A stretch of 55,148 nt of DNA from Synechococcus sp. (GTDB lineage Bacteria; Cyanobacteriota; Cyanobacteriia; Thermostichales; PCC-7336). A model generated the notes under the pieces. That model saw only the letters and a program-made list of their open reading frames with translations, did not search any database and was not told the origin of the DNA. The position numbers were made by a program, and so were the translations under genes. Position 1 is the first letter of the stretch. Every line of letters starts with the position of its first letter. Positions 10,409 through 19,026 of this stretch are shown piece by piece. The DNA lies in contig JBFRWD010000009.1 in the NCBI GenBank assembly GCA_051439425.1, forward strand, positions 1 through 55,148. The letters are read 5' to 3'.

Positions 10409-11614
10409 CTAATCCTCTTCTTCAATGCTCAGGCGAATGTTGCGAGCTGCTTCGCTCAACCCCAATTGAATTTCCACCTGACTGCTAGCCAGGTTGTCCA
10501 GTTGTTCCAACAGCGATCGCAAATGAGGAGTGCTGGCCCCACTCTGGCCGTCTAACTTGTCCGCCAAATTGCCCAGCCGTTTCCAAGAGGTGTAAACCTT
10601 AGCGATCGCTTGCTCTAACTGCGCTGCCTGATTCACCAACTCCGCCGTTTGGTTGAGACATCCTAACCGTAGCGACTCATCCAATGCAGATTCTAAGTTG
10701 ACCTCTGCTTTGGCCAGCACCTGTACCCGAGAGGCCGACTCAATGTATTTGGATAGATATTTAGCAGCGGCAGTTGCTTCTTTCAACGTGTCCAAGTCAG
10801 GTGTGCGAGCAACCTCTGTCTTAAGAGTTTCCTGATGCTCCACCGGTAGCTTCTCCATCTCCCGTACTAACGGAGCTAAGTAGCGGGTTGGAATAATATT
10901 TTCAGCAGCTTTGGCCCTTACCTCGGTTGGCAGTAAGTCGGAGGTCATGGCTGTCCATTCGTCGGACAGTTGGCGAACCTCGCGTCGAGTAATGCGATCG
11001 CCCCGCTGTGCTGCCTCACTCACCATTTGCTGCACTTCTGGTGACGCCTGAGCCGTCTCCACAAACGCCCGCTTGCTGAACCGTTCGATATTCTCCGGCT
11101 CTAACATGCCATCGTCCAGTAGCCGATCCGCGCTGTCGGCCAGCTCGATCCAGCGATAGGCTTGGCTCTTACCGATTTCCCGTTCCTTCAGCCAGCTTAA
11201 AAAACCTTGACCGCGTCCCCCACCGTACTTACGTTCGCGATCGCGAATCACGCGCAAAATCCGTCCCCGCCATATATCCGACTGCAGATCGAACCGGTCG
11301 CATACCAACCAAGCTGCGTCCACCTGTTTGAGAAAATCTGCCTCCGACATTTGCTCGTCGTCAGGATCGGGCAGGGATAAATCTAGGGTTGCTACCCCTG
11401 CCAGCAAATCGCGATCGAGTTGGGGGGTCTCCCGTTGTGGAGTATCGCTTGAGGGTTGGTTTGACTCGGGTTGCCGGATTGCGGAATGTTCTGGCTGAGT
11501 CTGCTCTCGCTCGGGAGAGACTGGCTGAGCCTGCTCTGTGCGATCCGGTTCGGATAGAGAGGGGGCTGGCTGCGAAGTACTGCGTTGGGGAGCAAGCTCG
11601 GAAGTAGGACTCAT
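10409..11614 (-). CDS. Conserved cyanobacterial hypothetical protein (disordered N-terminus, helical/coiled-coil core)
   Basis: 401-aa ORF with native HIP1 sites; DRFDLQSDIWRGRILR and FLSWLKEREIGKSQAYRWIELA (HTH-like). Confidence 0.85.
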   Translation of the reverse strand: MSPTSELAPQRSTSQPAPSLSEPDRTEQAQPVSPEREQTQPEHSAIRQPESNQPSSDTPQRETPQLDRDLLAGVATLDLSLPDPDDEQMSEADFLKQVDAAWLVCDRFDLQSDIWRGRILRVIRDRERKYGGGRGQGFLSWLKEREIGKSQAYRWIELADSADRLLDDGMLEPENIERFSKRAFVETAQASPEVQQMVSEAAQRGDRITRREVRQLSDEWTAMTSDLLPTEVRAKAAENIIPTRYLAPLVREMEKLPVEHQETLKTEVARTPDLDTLKEATAAAKYLSKYIESASRVQVLAKAEVNLESALDESLRLGCLNQTAELVNQAAQLEQAIAKVYTSWKRLGNLADKLDGQSGASTPHLRSLLEQLDNLASSQVEIQLGLSEAARNIRLSIEEED

Positions 11615-12129
11615 CCAGGGGGCTGCAACGAAACGGTCGTATCAGTATTGCAGCCTTTTCTCAACCTTCCGCGATTTCCTTCAGCAAATTTCACCTTCGG
11701 CGATCGGGCCTAGATTGACTCCAACTGGAGGAATTGGACAGTTCGAAGATCTTGCAACGATCTTTATACCTTCATCATCGTTCTGCCCAATTCATCGCTA
11801 GCTTTAGTGATGTTTTGTCGGCGATCGAGCCTTGGGGCATTGTCTGCAGAGAATTTACAGATCCACCATTGTCAAAGGTGATGTGCTACACAGTTTTCTT
11901 CTGAAATTTATAAGACTATACATCCTTAATGGTAAATACTATTCAGTCAAAGATTCCCTCCCAATCGACAGAAGTTATCGTTCTAAAGCTGTAACATTCC
12001 CTTTTTTCAGTTCGATTGCCACGCTATCTTTCTGAGTCGATTGAGGTTGTATTGGCATATAGATCAAAGCTCTAGAAATATTTTGGTTCGCGCTAACTGC
12101 TTCTGAATTGAAGTGTAGGGAGATTTCTT

Positions 12130-13563
12130 GTGATAAATTTTCTGAACGATCTGTTATGGGGAAAGATATTAATCGTAGCCCTGATTGGTATTGGATTGAG
12201 ATTTACAATCTCATCTAAATTTGTCCAGTTTCGCTATTTTGGTCGCATGTTTGGCATCCTCAAGCAAGCAACACAGCATGAGGAAGGACATCTCAGTTCA
12301 TTTCAGGCATTAGTGTTGAGTGTTGCCGGTCGAGTTGGGGCCGGCAACATTGCAGGTGTTGCGGTTGCCATTAGCTTGGGTGGCCCTGGTGCAGTGTTCT
12401 GGATGTGGGTGATTGGCTTGATTGGTATGGCTACCAGTTTTTTTGAATGTACCCTGTCCCAAGTGTTTAAAAATGCAGAGCCCGACGGAACTTACCGAGG
12501 GGGGCCCGCCTATTATATTCAGCGCGGTTTGGGTCAGCCGTGGCTGGCATCGCTATTTTCAGGTCTGTTACTGCTCACGTTTGGCCTCGGATTCAATGCT
12601 TTGCAAGCCTACACTGTGGCAACATCTCTCAACGACACATTTGGCATTCCCACTCAAGTTGCTGGTGCCTTACTGATGGTGGTTCTAGGGCTGGTGATTG
12701 TGGGTGGAATCGGTCGTATTGCCGACGTTGCTGAGTATGTAGTGCCAATTATGGCTGTGGGCTACTTTGTGATGGCCTTTTTTGTCATCGTTACTAATCT
12801 TGGTAGCATTCCCGGTGTGTTTGCCTCAATCATCCAGAGTGCATTTGGGTTTAACTCCGCTATTGCCGGTGGAATTGGCGCTGCCATGATATTCGGTGTT
12901 AAACGCGGCCTGTTTTCCAATGAAGCTGGCTTAGGGAGTGCCCCCAACGTTGCAGCAGTGGCTTACGTCAAACACCCGGTTAATCAAGGCATCGTTCAAG
13001 CCTTTAGCGTGTTTGTAGACACGATTGTTCTGTGTTCTTGTACGGCAGCTGTAATTCTACTCTCCAATGTTTACGTGCCCGGCAGCGATATCGATGGCAT
13101 CGTGATGACTCAGTCTGCCTTGGCAGAGCATGTGGGGGACTGGGGACGCACGTTTGTGACTATTGCTCTACTACTGTTTGCTTTCACGTCAATGATTTAT
13201 AACTACTACCTGGGAGAAAACAGCCTCAATTACTTCAGTGAAGAAAACAAAGCATTATTCAATGGATTCCGAGTTCTTACGCTTGTTCTAGTGATTTGGG
13301 GGGCCTCCCAAGATTTAAGTACGGTGTTTGGCTTTGCGGACGTCACGATGGGATTGCTGGCTCTGGTGAACCTCGCCGCACTGATGATGTTGTTTAAGGT
13401 TGGGCTGAGAGTGATGCGCGACTTTGATTCGCAGTTGCAAGCCGGGGTGGTGGAGCCTGTTTTTGAAGCGCGTAAGTTTGCCAGTCTCAATATCGATCGC
13501 CAAGCCTGGGTGATTGAAGAGGACGATATTCCAGCCGAACTTGGCGTGCCTATGCCCCAGTAG
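12130..13563 (+). CDS. Alanine/glycine:cation symporter (AGCS, AlsT/AgcS family)
   Basis: RVGAGNIAGVAVAISLGGPGAVFWMW, YRGGPAYYI, GVKRGLFSNEAGLGSAP, HPVNQG signature motifs. Confidence 0.95.
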   Translation: MINFLNDLLWGKILIVALIGIGLRFTISSKFVQFRYFGRMFGILKQATQHEEGHLSSFQALVLSVAGRVGAGNIAGVAVAISLGGPGAVFWMWVIGLIGMATSFFECTLSQVFKNAEPDGTYRGGPAYYIQRGLGQPWLASLFSGLLLLTFGLGFNALQAYTVATSLNDTFGIPTQVAGALLMVVLGLVIVGGIGRIADVAEYVVPIMAVGYFVMAFFVIVTNLGSIPGVFASIIQSAFGFNSAIAGGIGAAMIFGVKRGLFSNEAGLGSAPNVAAVAYVKHPVNQGIVQAFSVFVDTIVLCSCTAAVILLSNVYVPGSDIDGIVMTQSALAEHVGDWGRTFVTIALLLFAFTSMIYNYYLGENSLNYFSEENKALFNGFRVLTLVLVIWGASQDLSTVFGFADVTMGLLALVNLAALMMLFKVGLRVMRDFDSQLQAGVVEPVFEARKFASLNIDRQAWVIEEDDIPAELGVPMPQ

Positions 13564-13600
13564 GGCTTGTCTAGAGTCTGTTGACGAGCAATAGTCGAAA

Positions 13601-13634
13601 CAAATCGCAGCCAAGACTACTTGGCTGCGATTTG
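13601..13634. terminator. Perfect 15-bp stem / 4-nt loop hairpin between convergent genes
   Basis: CAAATCGCAGCCAAG-ACTA-CTTGGCTGCGATTTG. Confidence 0.8.
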
Positions 13635-13662
13635 AACAATTGAGATCATCACTTGTGCTGCG

Positions 13663-14421
13663 CTACTTCTTCTTACCCTTGGGGAAATGGGCAATGCGAG
13701 CAATGCCGTAGAACACGATGCGGTCGCTTTGAACCCGTAAGCGATCGACGGATAATTGTGTCCCGTCCAGCTTGAAGGTTTCCAAGTCCAGCAGAGAGTT
13801 GACGTGACCCACCAAGTCTTTAGCCAGCTCCAGAGCAATTCCCGATGCGTTGTAGTCCACATCGCTAAAAAACATCTTGGTGCCGCCTTCAACCTGCAGA
13901 GCCGCCGTCCAACCCAGTGGCATCCAGTCTCCTGTCTCACCTAGCTTGGTTTCAGTGGTTAGTTGTAGCTTGCGCTCGTCCGTCAGGATCACATTCGTAT
14001 TTCGGAAGCTTAGCTTCTGACCGTGAAAGGTCATGCGTTGCAGCTTTTCGATCGCAAAGGGAGTGTTGAAAGACTCGGTTAGGTCGTCAGGTGTCAACAC
14101 AACACGCATCGTAGCTTGGGTGGGTCGTTGCAGTTTCACAAGACCTCGAAATACAGCTCCAAAGTCAATCGAGACGGATTGCAAGTACAGTTCCATTACC
14201 TCCAGACGGAGGCCGTTGTACATGCGCAGTCCTTGACCAATCAGATCGAAGCCATCGACGCTGCCTTGCAGTAACTTCGCTACAGGCTCGGCTCGAACCT
14301 GAGCATCTAGCTTTTCGGTGCGCTCGAACAGGGCCGAGATCGCAGCGGTGACCGCCTTACTGACCAGGCGATCGCCGTTCTTGGGTGAAAATGGTAGGCC
14401 GCTAAACAATGCCGCAGTCAT
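13663..14421 (-). CDS. DUF2993 / LmeA-like lipid-binding protein
   Basis: AEPVAKLLQGSVDGFDLIGQG, VKLQRPTQATMRVVLTPDDLTESFN; probable ATG at 14421 (MTAALFSG). Confidence 0.8.
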   Translation of the reverse strand: MTAALFSGLPFSPKNGDRLVSKAVTAAISALFERTEKLDAQVRAEPVAKLLQGSVDGFDLIGQGLRMYNGLRLEVMELYLQSVSIDFGAVFRGLVKLQRPTQATMRVVLTPDDLTESFNTPFAIEKLQRMTFHGQKLSFRNTNVILTDERKLQLTTETKLGETGDWMPLGWTAALQVEGGTKMFFSDVDYNASGIALELAKDLVGHVNSLLDLETFKLDGTQLSVDRLRVQSDRIVFYGIARIAHFPKGKKK

Positions 14422-14621
14422 ACATCTACGCTGTACAAGATGCACTCACACTAACACAACATTAAATTATGTTAAGTGAGGGTTGCTACTCAAACAATTA
14501 CGATCGGTGCGTGAATAGGTACAAATCTGGATTGCAAAACATCTGTACTTATGCATTATGCCACGCACCCCGTCTCAGTCACTCATTATGACTCTGGAAC
14601 ATGTTCCCCCCGAAAATCGCT

Positions 14622-14921
14622 CTAACGATCCGCTGCTGTTTCCAATACGTCCAGTAGAGTCAAAATTCCCTGCATCGGCAATAGATCGAACAGGCTGAGT
14701 TCGGTGCGTCCGCCGCCCAGTTTGACGGGGATTTGTTTCAGCGCCTCAGTCACAGCATTTTCGGAGACGGTGCCATCTTCGACTAGGGGCAATACTTTTT
14801 CCGCCACTGCAGTATGTAACCTGGCATCGGCAAGGTACAGGTGCCACTTAGCAACGTCAATATACACCTCTTGTCCGATGTCAGCAGCTAATTGTTCGAC
14901 CTGTCGCGAGCTAACGGTCAT
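14622..14921 (-). CDS. DUF3181 family protein
   Basis: IGQEVYIDVAKWHLYLADARLH and IPVKLGGGRTELSLFDLLP; GGAGG RBS upstream. Confidence 0.85.
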   Translation of the reverse strand: MTVSSRQVEQLAADIGQEVYIDVAKWHLYLADARLHTAVAEKVLPLVEDGTVSENAVTEALKQIPVKLGGGRTELSLFDLLPMQGILTLLDVLETAADR

Positions 14922-15085
14922 GGCGATACCTCCGATGAATGATGTGCCGGCACGATACTCCCCTGAAGCCTAGCAGCCCTATCCAGGCTGCAATCCGAAT
15001 TGGAGAGGGCTGGATGGTGGGGGCGCCGGATTGCTGATTGCCAGGTTTTGACCCAGAGATGACAGCCTTCCAATGCAGCCGGAGG

Positions 15086-15403
15086 CTACTCAGACTTGAC
15101 CTCTCCGCCGCTAGATGCTGAACTGACATCTGCTTTATTCTGCGCTTTCTTGGGGTAATTGAAGCCGGGATAGCGGGCTAAAAGCAGCACCCATGCAGCA
15201 TTAACTGTCAGTGCGACCGTCCAGGCAGTCACAAAGGGTTTTAACCAGGGCCAGTCGGCTCGATATAGCAGTTGGAAAAACCACAGACCGGTGACGAAGG
15301 CACTGTAGACCATGGCATGAGCGCCGAGAGTATAGCGATCGTCTTGAAAGCGGAAAGCGGGATCTTTGCGAGTCGGAGGGGTTTCCCAACGGGGTAAAGG
15401 CAT
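15086..15403 (-). CDS. Small cyanobacterial 2TM-domain membrane protein
   Basis: MPLPRW...KDPAFRFQDDR followed by two TM segments (GLWFF, WPW); probable ATG at 15403. Confidence 0.75.
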   Translation of the reverse strand: MPLPRWETPPTRKDPAFRFQDDRYTLGAHAMVYSAFVTGLWFFQLLYRADWPWLKPFVTAWTVALTVNAAWVLLLARYPGFNYPKKAQNKADVSSASSGGEVKSE

Positions 15404-15500
15404 GAGCTGATTCGAACTGATTCCTATATCCAGCATAGTGGCCTGTTGCTAGGTAATGTTGCCGCGGCAGGCAGATTGGGTGGCCAAAATGGCGTGTTTC

Positions 15501-15584
15501 GGCAGTGGTATGACCACTGCGGACATTTCAGCTATGTCCAGCCCTGACTGCGATTGGAAATCTTTGTCTTAACTGAAACGGCAA
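15501..15584. repeat. 84-bp structured dispersed repeat, copy B
   Basis: Matches the reverse complement of 2220-2303; contains hairpin GCAGTGGT-ATG-ACCACTGC and imperfect inverted repeat CATTTCAGCTA...TAACTGAAACG. Confidence 0.9.
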
Positions 15585-15715
15585 GTTTTGTATCGCCTGG
15601 TCGTTAGTCGTTGACTCCCCTTACAGTGATACGAGGGATTGGACAGAGTGTCTCTGGCTCGATATCCCGAGCGGTGCACCTGCCGCTGTTGAACATGTTG
15701 TACGAGGCACCCACT

Positions 15716-16261
15716 ATGGCTAGGTTTAACCGACTGTGGAATGTGCTGTTGACTGCCACACTCGGCCTAGTTATCTATGGATGTGGTGGTCAACGACCTC
15801 TGCCCACTCCATCAGCTTTGACAGGGGTGCGAACGGTATTTGATGAAAACGATCCGAATCTGAGCGCCAATGGTCGCTATTTGGTGTTTTCCTCCAACCG
15901 AGACAGTTCTCACAATGTCTACCTCTACGACTTACAAAACCGCCGTTTGATCAACCTCCCCGGTTTAAATTCCGAGCAATTTACGGCAACACAACCTGCG
16001 GTAAGCAATAACGGCAGGTTCATTGTGTTTGTCTCCAACCGATTGGGTAAATCCGAGATCTTTCTCTACGATCGCGAAACGCGTGGCTTCGAAAATATTA
16101 GTCGGGGCAATCCAGGAGACGTCCGTCACCCCAGCATCTCGGGAGATGGCAGCACGATCGCTTACGAACAAAACTCCCTCGGTCAATGGGACATCGAAGT
16201 CTACGTGCGACGCGATGATGCCCCTCGCGATGTCGTGGAGACCCCTGAGCCCACCCAGTAA
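15716..16261 (+). CDS. TolB-like PD40-repeat lipoprotein
   Basis: Signal peptide with lipobox-like VIYGC; three PD40 repeats (PNLSANGRYLVFSSNR, PAVSNNGRFIVFVSNR, PSISGDGSTIAY); probable ATG at 15716. Confidence 0.85.
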   Translation: MARFNRLWNVLLTATLGLVIYGCGGQRPLPTPSALTGVRTVFDENDPNLSANGRYLVFSSNRDSSHNVYLYDLQNRRLINLPGLNSEQFTATQPAVSNNGRFIVFVSNRLGKSEIFLYDRETRGFENISRGNPGDVRHPSISGDGSTIAYEQNSLGQWDIEVYVRRDDAPRDVVETPEPTQ

Positions 16262-16302
16262 TTCTTTGTCCGCTCTCAGCTGAAACTCTCTTGCCGCCGC
16301 AA

Positions 16303-16854
16303 CTAGCGAATGTTCAACAGCTGGTTGATTGCCACTGGTTTGGTGCTAACCCGAACAATCGGGACTCCCTTGACCGACTGAACTTGCTGGTAGGACTGCA
16401 GAATTTGTTCGGAAGTTGCCAAGTCGCAGTGGGTGAGGGCAATGCGATCGGCGAAAAATAGCTGATTGGTCACCAACCAAGCTGGAGCGTTGTTAGGGGA
16501 ATTGGCGATTGCCGAGATGACTGTAATCATTTCGCTCAAGCGCAGCGACGTGCGGCTGAATCGATTCCGAATAGCACGTATCACCGGTACCGGATCGGTT
16601 TCGTCGCTCCCTTCCACAAACAAGCGGGAAAAGTTCGCAGATTGGTGTTGCGTTAGAACATCATTGAGAGCTTGATGTAAATCTTCCGAGCCACTGCAGC
16701 AAATGCAGCGAGTGGAGGTACGTTCGGCCTCTGCCCCCAGCAGAGCCACTGGTGCGGGCAATTGGTTGGCCAGATTTTGTATGAGTGTTGATTTCCCATA
16801 GCCGGCGAAACCAATGACCAAGGTCACCGGTAGTTGCGGGATCTCAGAACTCAT
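16303..16854 (-). CDS. Short, degenerate COG0523/CobW-like P-loop protein retaining the CxCC metal motif
   Basis: PVTLVIGFAGYGKSTLI, CICCS, LFVEGSD, NQLFFADRIALTHCDL; no CobW_C domain. Confidence 0.75.
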   Translation of the reverse strand: MSSEIPQLPVTLVIGFAGYGKSTLIQNLANQLPAPVALLGAEAERTSTRCICCSGSEDLHQALNDVLTQHQSANFSRLFVEGSDETDPVPVIRAIRNRFSRTSLRLSEMITVISAIANSPNNAPAWLVTNQLFFADRIALTHCDLATSEQILQSYQQVQSVKGVPIVRVSTKPVAINQLLNIR

Positions 16855-16881
16855 CGTCACCACTGCGTCAGGTTGTCGATG

Positions 16882-17319
16882 CTAACTGGCTGCTGAGCCG
16901 GATAGAAGCTCTTCAGCCTTGACCTTCATCGTTTTGAAAATATTCAGAAATCCGTTGGCTCGTGATGGAGTCAGACTGACGCTCAGCCCCGTATCCTTAA
17001 TAAAATCTGGTTCGAGCGGAGCAATGTCTTCCGGGGACAGTCCTTGCAAGCCGCGAATTAGAAACGCTACCAGTCCTTTAGTGAGCTGTGAATCCGAATC
17101 ACCGGTGAATTGGACTTTGCCATCCACTAACTCGGCAGTGACGTAAACGTTTGAGACGCAGCCCGCCACCTTATTTTCGGGAACCTTCGCAGTTTCTGGT
17201 TGAGCGTCCAGCTTGTTCGCCAACCACAGCAACTGCTCGTACCGTTGCTTGTTGGACGATGCTTTCTGGAATCGTTGAACGAGTTTTTCGAGCGCAGGAG
17301 GCAGTGAGGCTGCTGACAT
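16882..17319 (-). CDS. sufE: Fe-S cluster assembly sulfur acceptor SufE
   Basis: RYEQLLWLA, ENKVAGCVSNVY (conserved Cys), GDSDSQLTKGL, LTPSRANGF; ATG at 17319. Confidence 0.93.
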   Translation of the reverse strand: MSAASLPPALEKLVQRFQKASSNKQRYEQLLWLANKLDAQPETAKVPENKVAGCVSNVYVTAELVDGKVQFTGDSDSQLTKGLVAFLIRGLQGLSPEDIAPLEPDFIKDTGLSVSLTPSRANGFLNIFKTMKVKAEELLSGSAAS

Positions 17320-17490
17320 AAGTAATGAGCCGCAAGCAGATAGCAATAATTTCTGTGTGAATCATTGTAACGGCGATCGCACCTGACGCTGATGTCAACT
17401 CTGGCGACAGCATGAGCAAGCCATGACCGAATCGATCTCGATTGTTTGATGATGAAGGGCTTGAGAGAACCGTTAGCTCTACTGTCTGAA

Positions 17491-18018
17491 TTAGCGCTCA
17501 GTATTGCGATTGGATGGAATGCGGCTGAACTGTACGCCTCGCATATCGGCGCTTCTGAAATCCGTACCGTCCACCCGCACGCTCGTGAGAATGGAACCGC
17601 AAAAATTGGCGTTCTTGACGTTCGCTCGCTCGACCATCCCGCAGCTCAGATCGGCCCGCACTAGGCAGGCTCCACTCAGATCGCTGCCAGATAGATTGGC
17701 CCCCGCTAACTGGGCTTCAGTAAGGTCGGCTGCGACTAACGTTGCGCCGCTCAAGTTTGCTCCAACCAGATTGCAGCGAGATAAATTTGCTCCCGATAGA
17801 TCGGCTCCTACCATGAAAATGCCATGCAGGTTCAGCCCGGAGAGATTGGCCCCACTCAGATTGACATGGGAGTAATCTTGCTGCCGACCGTTACCGCTGA
17901 CAATCGCGCGTCGCAGGCGAGCAGGAGCCATTTGGATGGGTTGAGACGTAGCTGCAAGGGGGCGCTCGCTAGCACCAGTGATAGGACGGTTGAGTCCGGT
18001 GGAATGTTTTCCTGCCAT
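17491..18018 (-). CDS. Pentapeptide repeat protein
   Basis: Tandem A(N/D)LxX repeats (ANLSG, ADLSG, ANLSR, ADLTE...). Confidence 0.88.
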   Translation of the reverse strand: MAGKHSTGLNRPITGASERPLAATSQPIQMAPARLRRAIVSGNGRQQDYSHVNLSGANLSGLNLHGIFMVGADLSGANLSRCNLVGANLSGATLVAADLTEAQLAGANLSGSDLSGACLVRADLSCGMVERANVKNANFCGSILTSVRVDGTDFRSADMRGVQFSRIPSNRNTER

Positions 18019-19026
18019 AACCTCGGCTTTAAAACACAAATTTATACATCAAAAACTGCGGATCTTCGAGCCATTTAGAATCTGCGATCGATGAACATAC
18101 TCTATAGAGATAAAACCTTAAGAGAATCTATGAAAACAATGGCAGTTGCCAGCTAAGCCTTACCGCGAAAGTGTAATTACGGTTGCCGATCGGCACCTAT
18201 GGCAATCTTGCCACGCCTTCCATCGAAACGGTGAAAACCTATTATCAATTGATATTTATTTGATATTTATTCATGGTTGGCCTGCTCTGGGGATCGCTTG
18301 CCTATAGAAGCCTCTAGCCGTATCTTGTTGAGAATCGTTGGCCTGACCTTAGCAAAAGAAGTAGGGCACGAGCTGCAAGTTTGGCATGCGATTTGTTTTG
18401 ATTGTGCTGAGATGGCAGCAATTATGAATTGTGTGAATTGAGGAGATCGCAACTCTGGTCTTCTGGCGACTGGATTCAAGAATTCTGGGTGTTGTCTGAT
18501 GAATTTATGACCGTTTGAGTTTTGTCTTTCGCAAGTGATATTTTGCGCTGCTAATGCTTGCCACACAAGTGGGTGGACAGGCTGACATTGAGGACAAGTT
18601 TCTCTCGGTACAGTCGCTTCCTCTCGGCACAGTTCTATCGGAACAGAACGATGAAGTTGGATTCGGTTCGATCTGGCGGGAGCGATCGCGATCTCTATCC
18701 CTTAAGTTTTGCAGCTTGGCTTGGCAACGTTTTGGTGAGTGAGGGGGGTTGGGGGGACTGTCTCTAAGAGCAGGAAGAGTTGGGCTTGCGAACAAGGAGT
18801 AACAATTTCTCGTTTGTCAAGGGGGAAATCGAAGCATTTTCAAGGTTCTTGCATCGAAAGCGTAATGATTCGTAACGTAAATGCATCATCTTTTAACAAG
18901 GTGGTGAAGTTCTGCTAGAACAAAGGGCAGATTTTGCTATTTTTTGGTGAGGCTGGGGATTTCGTACCCTTTTGGAGACGGCTGATACCAGTAGCTTTTT
19001 GAACTATCCGCTTGGAGAATTTGCAC

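Noticed and set aside
14537..14549. AGTACAGATGTTT (minus strand), similar to a cyanobacterial LexA box, upstream of the DUF2993 gene
   Set aside because: Mismatch at a conserved position and no DNA-repair context; a chance match is likely.
18267..18795. Several 60-100 aa ORFs in the spacer between the pentapeptide gene and chlH
   Set aside because: They overlap on both strands and show no recognisable motifs or convincing RBS; probably non-coding promoter DNA.
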